Source: Deltaproteobacteria bacterium | GTDB taxonomy: Bacteria; Myxococcota_A; UBA9160; JAJDAL01 | NCBI GenBank assembly: GCA_029261875.1 | Contig: JAJDAL010000034.1 | Coordinates: forward strand, 85,066-149,065 | Reading direction: 5' to 3' | DNA length: 64,000 nucleotides | Part shown: piece by piece, positions 7,902 through 16,411 of the stretch | How positions within the stretch are numbered: the first letter of the stretch is position 1 | Layout: the number at the start of each line of letters is the position of its first letter | The notes under the pieces: model-generated | The model's database searches: none | Told to the model about the DNA's origin: nothing | Seen by the model: only the letters and a program-made list of their open reading frames with translations | Position numbers and translations under genes: made by a program

Positions 7902-8756
7902 ATGCGCAGTCTATTCGCCCTCACTATTTTCTTTCTTTGCCAGTCTGCAGCTGTCGCTATTGACTTGCCGGTTGAGTACCTGGCCGACTTCAAGGAGTTC
8001 AAGCGGAACGCTATTGCGGGTGACTCGCTCTCCTTCGATCTCTTCGACAACGACACCTGCACCGGTCCCGTGACCCACGCGGAGCTTAAGTTCGTAGGCG
8101 GTGCCGGTCTCACCGTTGAGAAAACGCTCCCCCAGAAGGCCAAGGGGCAGAAGCCCTCGCCGACGAAGGGTGTCCGGCTTCACACCTCGCTGTCACCGGC
8201 GGCGGTTGAGGAGCAGCTCTACCTCAAGGTGACGGGTACGGGTGTTGTGGCGCTGCGGGATGAATGCCAGGTACAGATCGCGGGGGTTCCTGGGCCGGAA
8301 GGGCCGGCTGGACCGCCGGGCGACGCTGCGGAAGTGATGCACGTATTTGATGGAAGCGGGAACGACATTGGGATTCGGATGGGATCGCTGAACGACCTTT
8401 CCGCCTATCGACCATCTCTGGACGCCACGCTGCCAATCACGAAATTCGGAACGCTCGACGCAGGTCCCTCGCACGTGTACGAACTACCCGGATGCCTCGG
8501 GCAGGGGTACTACCAGGGCAGCAAGGCCCTTCTGTCCGCGAACGTTGTCTATGAGAGCAGGTTGGTGCCTGGAACTTACGTTATCGGCACCACCACCGTC
8601 GTTTCGAGCACCTACGAATCAGTGGCAGACCCTGGCGGTATTTGCCAAGCGACGGGGCCAGCGAACGATCCGTCCCTCATACCATTCGCTCCCATCGTTA
8701 TCGACCTAACCTTCCCTTTGCCGCTTCCGATGCGGATCGGGCCAGCTTCACCGTAG
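7902..8756 (+). CDS. Secreted B-family protein P3
   Basis: GGAGG RBS. Leader MRSLFALTIFFLCQSAAVA. N-domain IDLPVEYLADFKEFKRNAIAGDSLSFDLF..KGQKPSPTKGVRL..EQLYLKVTGTGVVALRDECQVQ. Five G-X-Y triplets. Head with YELPGCLGQGY and tail TFPLPLPMRIGP. Confidence 0.85.
   Translation: MRSLFALTIFFLCQSAAVAIDLPVEYLADFKEFKRNAIAGDSLSFDLFDNDTCTGPVTHAELKFVGGAGLTVEKTLPQKAKGQKPSPTKGVRLHTSLSPAAVEEQLYLKVTGTGVVALRDECQVQIAGVPGPEGPAGPPGDAAEVMHVFDGSGNDIGIRMGSLNDLSAYRPSLDATLPITKFGTLDAGPSHVYELPGCLGQGYYQGSKALLSANVVYESRLVPGTYVIGTTTVVSSTYESVADPGGICQATGPANDPSLIPFAPIVIDLTFPLPLPMRIGPASP
8283..8327 (+). repeat. Collagen-like G-X-Y tract (5 triplets) in P3
   Basis: GVP GPE GPA GPP GDA read directly. Confidence 0.8.
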
Positions 8757-9045
8757 CCCCACCGTCGATGGCGACCGTTTGCACCCCGTCCCCCGAGTAT
8801 GGGGGATTCCCGGCTATTCATTACTTAATGCCTTGCAGGGGCCTCGCGGACAGCGAGACTCCCAACGGCACCCCCTACCCCCACACACAGCGTCGCCGAC
8901 ATCGAAGTGTGAGCCCTCGCGCCGAGTGAATTCCTCGAAATCAGGGCTCCCGACATAGCGATTCCGTCGTTGGCCCCGACCTCTCGAATGGAAAATCCAC
9001 ATCGGCGCGACCTGATTCGACGCGGCCGCGCGCTACGCCGTGGCG

Positions 9046-9504
9046 ATGCCCACCGAACGCGAGCTGTACGCCCAGGTGCTCGAGCTGCGCCGCCTGCTCC
9101 ACGGCAAGCCGCCCTCCAGCGGAGGTGTCGATCACGCCACCGGCAACGAGCCCGATGAGCAGACACTACTGGGCGCCACTGCACTTGGGGCCCCGAACGC
9201 CGCCGCCCACGAACTTCACGCGAACATCGAGCGCACTCGGAACAACCTCCGCAGCTTCTTGCTTCAGGAGCGCCAACTGCTGAACGTGGCTAAGGGGATA
9301 TTTCGCCTAACCGTCATGCTTTGGATCCTGGGATTCCCAGTGCTGCTCAGCTTCTCAGAGTTAGAGGTTCGAAGCTGGAGCGATCTCGCGTTGGGCTTTT
9401 CCCTGTGGAGCGTAGTCGTGTGGCCGACGTATGGCGTTTCGATTTGGGTAGTAGCTGGATTCCGGTCTTCGGCTACTACTCCGAGAAACGACGATTCCAG
9501 GTAA
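9046..9504 (+). CDS. Hypothetical membrane protein
   Basis: ORF with a helical N-part and 2-3 hydrophobic segments (IFRLTVMLWILGFPVLLSF, LGFSLWSVVVWPTYGVSIWVVAGF). No recognisable family. Coding status is uncertain. Confidence 0.35.
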   Translation: MPTERELYAQVLELRRLLHGKPPSSGGVDHATGNEPDEQTLLGATALGAPNAAAHELHANIERTRNNLRSFLLQERQLLNVAKGIFRLTVMLWILGFPVLLSFSELEVRSWSDLALGFSLWSVVVWPTYGVSIWVVAGFRSSATTPRNDDSR

Positions 9505-9705
9505 AACCCTTGTACCGGAACTCCCCGCAACCGCGTTGGGCCGCACCTCGGACGCTGACTTACTTTTCCAACACTCCTGCTTGCGAGACCAGCCGCATGT
9601 AGATGCCGAGGACGCCGGTTCCTACGTCGGGCGATGCGGGTCCAGCAATGGCTTCGCGAGATGTCTCGCACTGATGGTCGTCGGCTGAAGCCTGTCGTTG
9701 GTCGG

Positions 9706-10713
9706 CTAGACAAGCCCGTTGAATCGCCAATCAACGAACTCGTGATCAGCGACCGGCAGCGGAGCCGAAGAAAAAAATCGCGTCAACCGAGCCAGTATGG
9801 TTTGACGTATCGTGGACTGCCAAAGCCACCAGTCACGTGAAAAATATACGTTCTCCAGGTAACCGAGACAGATCTGCGGAACCAAGCTCGCTATTCGGTC
9901 ATCCGGGCATTCGAGGACCGAACTGACGAACTCCGCTGGCCTCGAGTCGAGAACCCGCCATGCGAAGGCTAGGTATGTGATTTCCTTATTTGGTAGAAGC
10001 GAGACCGCAATTGTTTCGCAAGGTGAAGACTCATCACCTAGGTCTTGAAGCCGGTTGCACTGGAGGTCGAAGTCGGGCGTAAACACCCCGGCAGCGGCAA
10101 TGACTGGTGCACCTGAAAACTCGAGAACGCGATACTCGAGGACGGCGGGGTTGCGTTCCAGAAGAGCACGGTCTACTTCGGCCTTCAGGAGGGCCATATC
10201 TCGCTGGCCCAAATCGGATCCCAGCAGGTTTCCTTCAAGAGATTCTAGATTCGCCAAGGCAATCAGATTCTCGTCTCGACTGACCACCGAGGCAGCGTTC
10301 AGCATGGATCGCGCGTGGGCCGCCTTCCTGTAGATGTCGAACGATATGGCACGGAACGCCAGCAACATGCACTGGGATGGCGACGCAGTGAAGGGCTCAT
10401 TGTCGATTGGTGCGAATTCACGATCGTGAACCTCGCAGATACCTCGAAACGTTGAAGCGACTCTCAGGCCTACCTGCTTGGGTTGCGGGGTATCAACGAA
10501 CGGGTCCACAGGGTGGAAACTCAGCACGTGTCCGGTGTCGTCAGCGATGTGTGACAGGGTGGCCGCTCGGGAAAGACTATGGGCATCGATGATTCGCCCA
10601 CATTTCGATCCCGCTGATGGGTGGCGGCATTCTGGTCGTCGAAATTCGCGTACTAGGTCAGCCGTTAGCTGGCCTCGAGTGCGACGAATTAATCTCTCTC
10701 GGTCTCGGTCCAA
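9706..10713 (-). CDS. Hypothetical protein (orphan, Cys/His motifs)
   Basis: 335-aa ORF in a visibly less GC-rich patch. Motifs ECRHPSAGSKCGRIIDAHSLSR and GICEVHDREFAPIDNEPF. No family recognised. Confidence 0.6.
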   Translation of the reverse strand: MDRDRERLIRRTRGQLTADLVREFRRPECRHPSAGSKCGRIIDAHSLSRAATLSHIADDTGHVLSFHPVDPFVDTPQPKQVGLRVASTFRGICEVHDREFAPIDNEPFTASPSQCMLLAFRAISFDIYRKAAHARSMLNAASVVSRDENLIALANLESLEGNLLGSDLGQRDMALLKAEVDRALLERNPAVLEYRVLEFSGAPVIAAAGVFTPDFDLQCNRLQDLGDESSPCETIAVSLLPNKEITYLAFAWRVLDSRPAEFVSSVLECPDDRIASLVPQICLGYLENVYFSRDWWLWQSTIRQTILARLTRFFSSAPLPVADHEFVDWRFNGLV

Positions 10714-10913
10714 TCTGGCCGCCTAAACGTACTGGGCGCTGCCACAGGCGGGGCGCTCGCCCCCGGTGCGTGAACGCCTCGGACCACTGGAAGGTACCAG
10801 AGCCAGCAATAACCGGAATCGGGGGCATGGCGCGCAACGACGAGACGAGTTTTCGAGAATTCACCGAGTCCTTTTCGTTGAACTCAGTGAAGTCGCATCG
10901 CTGACAAGCGCAC

Positions 10914-11693
10914 CTAATTTTGATTCGTCTTACACGCCTTGCATACACACGCGTTCGGACACTCATCTGATAAGCCGCTTGCGCCTATGTGACAAGGGCC
11001 ACCGATGCCACCGTACGCCGGTCCACCAATTCCTGCATAACATGGCCCCCCGATTCCATCGTATGCCGGCCCACCAATTCCTGCGTAACATCTGTCACGC
11101 TTCCGGCGCCCTGATTGCTCCTCCGACGACCCCGCATCTAGCAACTCTACCAGCGCGCGAACATAATCATCGTTTCCGTAACGCGACATAAGTGTTTTCG
11201 ACATCTTTCGCCTAGTTTGCGAATCTATCTGGCCGGTCAAAGGTATTTGATTTTCGCGCTGGAAGGTCCGTATCGCTGCGATCGTGTTAGGTCCCTTCTT
11301 CCCGTCAATGACTCCGCATTCATATCCCAACAGCTTCAGTCCTACCTGGACCGCACTCGTCAATTCCGAAACAGACCCTTGTCGCACTCTCTCCGGATTC
11401 CGTCGAACTTTGACCCCGCCTGAGACAGGCGTAACTGACAATGATTTTCCGTTGACACGAAGCTCCCCTCGACTCGGGCAAATCACGACTGATGGATAGT
11501 ACTCGTACATGTACTGGTACTCGAACATCACCTTCCACAGCGATCCATCGGCGAGCTTGAATACTTCGTCATTTCCCATAAATGGTACGGGGCTAATAAT
11601 CGAAGATCGGTGGCACCGCTCGGCATACGCATCCGCTGAAACACCAACGGCAAAGAACGACGTAACTAGAAAAAGAAGGCGCGGGAATTCCAT
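10914..11693 (-). CDS. Secreted peptidoglycan-binding-domain protein with GIGGP repeats and a Cys-rich end
   Basis: Leader MEFPRLLFLVTSFFAVGVSADA. PG_binding_1-like LKLLGYECGVIDGKKGPNTIAAIRTFQRENQIPLTGQIDSQT. C-terminal (Y-x-GIGGP-x)x4 followed by CPNACVCKACK. The start overlaps the upstream stop as TAATG. Confidence 0.75.
   Translation of the reverse strand: MEFPRLLFLVTSFFAVGVSADAYAERCHRSSIISPVPFMGNDEVFKLADGSLWKVMFEYQYMYEYYPSVVICPSRGELRVNGKSLSVTPVSGGVKVRRNPERVRQGSVSELTSAVQVGLKLLGYECGVIDGKKGPNTIAAIRTFQRENQIPLTGQIDSQTRRKMSKTLMSRYGNDDYVRALVELLDAGSSEEQSGRRKRDRCYAGIGGPAYDGIGGPCYAGIGGPAYGGIGGPCHIGASGLSDECPNACVCKACKTNQN
10995..11090 (-). repeat. Four tandem 8-aa Y-x-G-I-G-G-P-x coding repeats
   Basis: CYAGIGGP AYDGIGGP CYAGIGGP AYGGIGGP read from the translation. 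Confidence 0.8.
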
Positions 11694-12034
11694 TACGGAT
11701 CGAAGCAACGAATCTTCCCGGTCCAGGGGGAGTAAATATTGATGTAGTACACAGAGGTTAATGCTGTGAGAAAGCCCTGCAGAAAGCTTCGTTCGGTCTC
11801 GATCTCTTGCACGTGACCCATTCCACACACATCACTCGCGTCAATCTCAATATCGCTCGGGACTAGGCCGAAAATCCAGAAGTTCTGCCAATCATTCTTT
11901 GACTCTTCCCGACCGGAGTGAGGCTGAGTCGGCTCAAATTCTTCCGCATAGAGGTTGATGTAGTGAGTACGGAAACAGCCCGACAACATCACACCTGCGA
12001 GAAGAAGACACATTACACATCGTCGCCAACGCAT
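11693..12034 (-). CDS. Bor/Iss-family-like lipoprotein (copy 2)
   Basis: Lipobox MRWRRCVMCLLLAGVMLSGC. FWIFGLVPSDIEIDASDVCG..VQEIETERSFLQGFLTALTSVYYINIYSPWTGKIRC parallels lambda Bor FFVSGIGQKKTVDAAKICGG..VKTETQQTFVNGLLGFITLGIYTPLEARVYC. Confidence 0.7.
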   Translation of the reverse strand: MRWRRCVMCLLLAGVMLSGCFRTHYINLYAEEFEPTQPHSGREESKNDWQNFWIFGLVPSDIEIDASDVCGMGHVQEIETERSFLQGFLTALTSVYYINIYSPWTGKIRCFDP

Positions 12035-12036
12035 CC

Positions 12037-12333
12037 TCAATTCTTCTCGCGACAGTAGTACGTTGATGAGCGCGGTGAATAGATACCTAGTGTCACTAGG
12101 CTCAGCAGAGCGTCCTCGGCCAACGTCGCCTCTTCGATAGAAGCAACTCCATCCGGACAATGCTCGCGAACGTCTACGGTTCTCGTTGGCGTCAGACCCC
12201 AAAAGAAGTAGTCCTTGCGTTCTTGAACTTCCTGAACTCTACCCGTTGGATCTTCTAGTTCAAAGATCATCGAGTTGCACGCCACGCATCCGGAGATAGC
12301 GAGCGCAAAATCTATTTGGTTGCCGATCTTCAC
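12037..12333 (-). CDS. Bor/Iss-family-like lipoprotein (copy 1)
   Basis: GTG start with AGGAGAA upstream. Lipobox LAISGC. FFWGLTPTRTVDVREHCPDGVASIEEATLAEDALLSLVTLGIYSPRSSTYYC. The stop is 2 nt before copy 2. Confidence 0.65.
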   Translation of the reverse strand: MKIGNQIDFALAISGCVACNSMIFELEDPTGRVQEVQERKDYFFWGLTPTRTVDVREHCPDGVASIEEATLAEDALLSLVTLGIYSPRSSTYYCREKN

Positions 12334-12431
12334 TATCAGGTTCTCCTCTTTCTAGCGACGACCCAGTAGTGTCGTGCGTGGCGCGCAACCCTCCGATCGT
12401 TGAGGTAAATCGAAAAGAGAGACACCGTTGC

Positions 12432-13343
12432 CTACTCAGCGCGCGAATGGATCGGCAGAGCGAGAGGTACAGGCATGCCGACCACCGTGCTCAGTACCTC
12501 TCGCGCAGTGACTGCTTCCGGCCTCACTCCGACTGTGTTCATACACCCTGGAGGCGAGAGCAGGTCAATAATCGACTCGAACGGAGCCGATGACACCAGT
12601 TCGTTTCCCCCAACGAAGAAACGGTCAGGTGCGGTAACAGGACCAGTGAAGACGAGCCGAGTTGCGAACTCGAACGGGAGGTACGCGGTCCCGACGCAAT
12701 TCGGAAGCTCAAAGACGATGGCTCCCACCCCGGTGGGTCCGATCAAGAGTCCATTGGACTTGTCGATGAGAACGAATGCATCGAGATCCTCACGGTACGC
12801 CGTAACCGTAGTCAGCGGCGAAAAGATGAGATCCTCTCGGATCAGCAGCCCCAAGTTAACATCGCTGCCGTCGAACACTCGGAGAGTCAGTCCACTCGCT
12901 CCGGGCGGCCCTTTCGCCCCTTCTGGGCCGGACGGCCCCGGTATCGCCGCAGTTTGAACCTGACACTCGCCGCCAATGGGTACGACACCGTCGCCGCTCA
13001 CCTTCAAGTAGAGCTGCTCAACCACAACAGGCGGCCCAAGAGTTGTCCGAAGCCGCACTCCCCTGGGCGGCGACGGCTTTTCCCCCTTGGCTTTCTGCGG
13101 GATGACTTTCTCCACTTGGAGGTCTCCACTCGCCAGAAACTTCAGCTCCGCGTGAAACACCGTCCCGGTGCAGTCCGCGGCCGCGAAGAGGTCAAAGGAA
13201 AGAGAGTTTCCGGCGACGGCCTCTTTCTTGAAGGTCTTAAAGTCCGCGACATACGAAACGGGAAGCTCGACTGCGCTTCCAGAACTTGCGAACGAGAGTA
13301 TGGCGAGTGCAACAATGCACATCCCGAAATCACTGAACTTCAT
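12432..13343 (-). CDS. Secreted B-family protein P4
   Basis: Leader MKFSDFGMCIVALAILSFASSGSA. N-domain VELPVSYVADFKTFKKEAVAGNSLSFDLF..KGEKPSPPRGVRL..EQLYLKVSGDGVVPIGGECQVQ. Six G-X-Y triplets. Head with FELPNCVGTAY and tail MPVPLALPIHS. Confidence 0.85.
   Translation of the reverse strand: MKFSDFGMCIVALAILSFASSGSAVELPVSYVADFKTFKKEAVAGNSLSFDLFAAADCTGTVFHAELKFLASGDLQVEKVIPQKAKGEKPSPPRGVRLRTTLGPPVVVEQLYLKVSGDGVVPIGGECQVQTAAIPGPSGPEGAKGPPGASGLTLRVFDGSDVNLGLLIREDLIFSPLTTVTAYREDLDAFVLIDKSNGLLIGPTGVGAIVFELPNCVGTAYLPFEFATRLVFTGPVTAPDRFFVGGNELVSSAPFESIIDLLSPPGCMNTVGVRPEAVTAREVLSTVVGMPVPLALPIHSRAE
12885..12938 (-). repeat. Collagen-like G-X-Y tract (6 triplets) in P4
   Basis: GPS GPE GAK GPP GAS GLT read directly. 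Confidence 0.8.
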
Positions 13344-13402
13344 CTCTGCTTCTCCTCCGCCGTGCAACAGTCACGGGACGTTTTTCCAGCTGACTTTCCG
13401 GC

Positions 13403-14026
13403 TCAAGAAGGCGGTGCACAGCACGCGATCGAACGGAAGTCATTGCAGTTCCTCAGGTCAAATGCCCCGTTCGATTCCACCATCAGCCCGGACTCGGCGG
13501 TAAGCCGCCTCCATGCGTCACAAGACATGGAACCTGTCGATCCGCTTGATGGCGTGAAAGCCCCGGACACGTCCGCGATAACACTGTTCGTCGTGCCCCT
13601 AGGGAGCACCACAAAAACAGGTCGGACCCATGCCTCGCCCGATAGGGTTGGGACGTTGACTGTTTCGAGTACTTCCTTACTGGTGCACATCCGGCTATTC
13701 GAGAACTCCGCGTGGCAAGCCGACGTATATTCCAGGACACCATCACCTCCTTTAAACGTCGCGGTGGTAAAGCCCACTAGCTCGTATCGCGGCGACACCC
13801 CCGCCTCGCCCTGTGGCCCCTGCGCTCCATCTTGTCCAGCCGACCCAGCCGGTCCAGGTGGGCCTTCCGATTCCCACGAAATCGCAGCCTCGTTCGACTT
13901 GCACTGGCCCGGGATCGCAACGACACGGAGCTTCCCTGACTTTTGGTGCACACAGCCATCGATGGTTTCGCCTGCAGCCGTTCCAGCTAAAAGAACCGCC
14001 GCGCCAATTGCGATTAGTTCACGCAT
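13403..14026 (-). CDS. Secreted Q-family collagen-like protein Q1 with a Cys-rich endostatin/C-lectin-like C-domain
   Basis: GGAGG RBS. Leader MRELIAIGAAVLLAGTAAG. ETIDGCVHQKSGKLRVVAIPGQCKSNEAAISWE. Eight G-X-Y triplets. C-domain ELVGFTTATFKGGDG..ACHAEF..MC..SCDAWRRLTAESGLMVESNGAFDLRNCNDFRSIACCAP. Confidence 0.8.
   Translation of the reverse strand: MRELIAIGAAVLLAGTAAGETIDGCVHQKSGKLRVVAIPGQCKSNEAAISWESEGPPGPAGSAGQDGAQGPQGEAGVSPRYELVGFTTATFKGGDGVLEYTSACHAEFSNSRMCTSKEVLETVNVPTLSGEAWVRPVFVVLPRGTTNSVIADVSGAFTPSSGSTGSMSCDAWRRLTAESGLMVESNGAFDLRNCNDFRSIACCAPPS
13793..13864 (-). repeat. Collagen-like G-X-Y tract (8 triplets) in Q1
   Basis: GPP GPA GSA GQD GAQ GPQ GEA GVS read directly. Confidence 0.8.
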
Positions 14027-14067
14027 TACCTGCCTCCGCTTAGGGGTTCCCTCCGCCACCGGGAAGG

Positions 14068-14367
14068 TCAATAACAGACGGTGTCCCACACCCAATTTCC
14101 GTATGCATCCTGCCGTCGCACCTGCGTGCAATTATCTGTCCCGATGGGCGGAATATTGAGCCGTTCGACCGGTCTCACTGAAGGCGGAACAATGGGCGTA
14201 ATAGACGGTGGTTGCGGTGGCACGATGTTGATAGTTGAATCACAGATCGGAACATTGGCGCAGTCGCCACTCTCGTCACAGATCCATTCCCAGGTGCATG
14301 ATGCCGCCGCCGGGTTGGCAACTACAATGCACCCGATCAAAGCCAAGATCGCGAAAGTTGATCGCAT
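14068..14367 (-). CDS. Small secreted Cys-rich, Pro-rich protein
   Basis: Leader MRSTFAILALIGCIVVANPAAA. Then SCTWEWICDESGDCANVPICD, a Pro-rich PPQPPSITPIVPPSVRP and the C-terminal CTQVRR..WVWDTVCY. Lies 41 nt upstream of Q1 on the same strand. Confidence 0.6.
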   Translation of the reverse strand: MRSTFAILALIGCIVVANPAAASCTWEWICDESGDCANVPICDSTINIVPPQPPSITPIVPPSVRPVERLNIPPIGTDNCTQVRRQDAYGNWVWDTVCY

Positions 14368-14873
14368 GGCACGCCTCCTAGTCACGGAATGCTGCACAAC
14401 CCGTGCCGACAGTCGCGCACTAGGGTTCGTGAGGCGAAGGCTCCTACGACAAGAAGTCACGCGCGGCCAAGATCATGGGTCGAAACGCAGCACCGGGTCG
14501 AGAATCGTTTTCCGCAAAAATGGACCGCTCGATGAATAAGAACCGTCTCGAACTCTCCGCGGTACAGAAGCGAATCATGTCGATACCTAGGGAATTTGAC
14601 CTATTCCTGGGAGGTGGTCGCGAAAGCATCCGCAGCCAACGTGAACGACGCATTTGAGGTCTATGAAACCGTGAAACGAGTTCTCGGGTGGGACGTTTAA
14701 GTCGTCTACTATGCGGCGTGATTCCTACGTAGTATGAAAAGGGAGCATCAGGGCTTCCTCTCTACCAGACTCAGCCTTGCCTGACGGATCGACACCGAGA
14801 CCCCCTCTCTGGTCCGTCTTAAGTGTCGCCGGACGAAAGAGCACAACACGCGGGGAAACAGTTCAGTCGTTCC

Positions 14874-15416
14874 CTAACGATACGTCGGCAGCAGAACGTA
14901 GCCCCCGTTCCACTCGGTACAGATGGTAGTTGCCACCGTCGCCGCCCTTACGCCTCCCTCGACCTCATCACACTTCTTCTTCGAGATGAATGGACCTACT
15001 GTTTCCTCCACATAATTTATGTGCAACCTACGCTTCACCCCTGAAGTCATTTCGTAGACTGTGAACACCCAAAGGTCTCCCATAAGACCGTCGCGGGAAA
15101 GGCTCTCGTTGAGAACGATCTCGCTTTCGGCCGCAGCGCGCTTGTACGCAGAGCACATCGCACGAGATCGTTTAGCCATGCTGGCAAATATCTCGCGGAT
15201 CATCTCATCTGCTTCATCGTCATTGTCATCGATCTTCCTGGCGCACCGCTCCTCCCTCCGGTCAATGTTTGCCGCGTACAGGCGTGCGAACTCAATCGAA
15301 ATAGGCTGCGCCCTCACTTCGGCCGTTGTTCTCTCGATAAATTGATCCAGAGGCTCTTCGCATCCCGAAACCAATATGACGAGAGATACTAGACCGAGGA
15401 AATCTCTAATCACCAC
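14874..15416 (-). CDS. Hypothetical lipoprotein
   Basis: Lipobox LVILVSGC. Visibly AT-richer than its neighbours. No family recognised. Confidence 0.6.
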   Translation of the reverse strand: MVIRDFLGLVSLVILVSGCEEPLDQFIERTTAEVRAQPISIEFARLYAANIDRREERCARKIDDNDDEADEMIREIFASMAKRSRAMCSAYKRAAAESEIVLNESLSRDGLMGDLWVFTVYEMTSGVKRRLHINYVEETVGPFISKKKCDEVEGGVRAATVATTICTEWNGGYVLLPTYR

Positions 15417-15830
15417 ATCCTCCTTTGGTTCCGCTTCCGTGAACTAGTGGACCACTCGAAAGGTTAACTCGCCTACACAAACCTGACTCAGAATCCTTCC
15501 CTAGGTACCCGCAGTCGGCATGTGGTTTGCGTTGTGAAGAAACTAGGGGGTGAGGAACGATGAACGAGTTCGATCGAGTGGCGATTCGCCGCGCCATGCG
15601 GATCGTGGATGGGTGTGACCCAGGACCCCACCCGGGCCTTAGGGTCTCACTGTTGTCAGAGGAAATGCAGGACGAGCTGCGAGGGCTGATAGGGCGCTTG
15701 CCCTATATCACAGGGCTTCCGGTAGCCCAGATAGTCCTCCTAGTCTTCTATAGCTTCGGCTTGCGACCCTGATTCCCACCGCACCGAGTTCCACGCGTAG
15801 AATGGCCTCTGGCTTGCACAGGAGTTGGAC

Positions 15831-16409
15831 ATGTTGAAACAGACTCTTGTTCTCTTGGTCATGTTGGTTCTAGTTCCTGGCATCGCGGCTACCGAGACGA
15901 TCAACGGCTGTGTCCACCAGAAGTCCGGGAAGCTTCGGATCGTCGGTATTCCGGGACAGTGCAAGAGCAGCGAAGCACCGATCTCTTGGGAGGCTGAGGG
16001 ACCGCCCGGTCCCGAAGGGGCGAAGGGAGATAAGGGCGATAAAGGTGACCCCGGTGATCCCGCACCCCAGGCACAGCCGGTGGAACTCGTAGGTTTTACC
16101 GCGGCGCAAATCGCTGGCACGGACTCGTTCTTCGCGCTCAACACAGCCTGCGTCGATGAATTCCCCGGTAGTCACTTCTGCACAGCCACAGACATTGCAC
16201 AAGTATCCGTTCTGCCTGCCGGACTCATAGGCGATGCGTGGTTTACGCCAGCGCCCGGTCCAGATCTCAACTTCTTGAGCAGTTCTCGTGCCTGTAGTGG
16301 CTGGTCGCCTGGTGGCTCAACTGGCCTCCGCATCAATCACATCGGCGTAATAGTTCAGGGTGTGTGTAACCAATCCTTTTCGGCATCGTGCTGCGCACCC
16401 GCACCGTAA
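15831..16409 (+). CDS. Secreted Q-family collagen-like protein Q2
   Basis: CAGGAG lies 7 nt before the ATG. Leader MLKQTLVLLVMLVLVPGIAA. ETINGCVHQKSGKLRIVGIPGQCKSSEAPISWE. Seven G-X-Y triplets. C-domain VELVGFTAAQIAGTD..ACVDEF..FC..ACSGWSPGGSTGLRINHIGVIVQGVCNQSFSASCCAP. Confidence 0.8.
   Translation: MLKQTLVLLVMLVLVPGIAATETINGCVHQKSGKLRIVGIPGQCKSSEAPISWEAEGPPGPEGAKGDKGDKGDPGDPAPQAQPVELVGFTAAQIAGTDSFFALNTACVDEFPGSHFCTATDIAQVSVLPAGLIGDAWFTPAPGPDLNFLSSSRACSGWSPGGSTGLRINHIGVIVQGVCNQSFSASCCAPAP
15999..16061 (+). repeat. Collagen-like G-X-Y tract (7 triplets) in Q2
   Basis: GPP GPE GAK GDK GDK GDP GDP read directly. Confidence 0.8.
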
Positions 16410-16411
16410 CC

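Noticed and set aside
8757-9045. ORFs 8642..8929(+), 8825..9184(-) and 8970..9158(+) downstream of P3.
   Set aside because: They overlap one another, are Arg/Pro-rich, and have no leaders or motifs. The stretch was treated as non-coding spacer.
15560-15772. 70-aa ORF upstream of Q2.
   Set aside because: It has no leader, no motif and a weak start context, so its coding status is unsupported.
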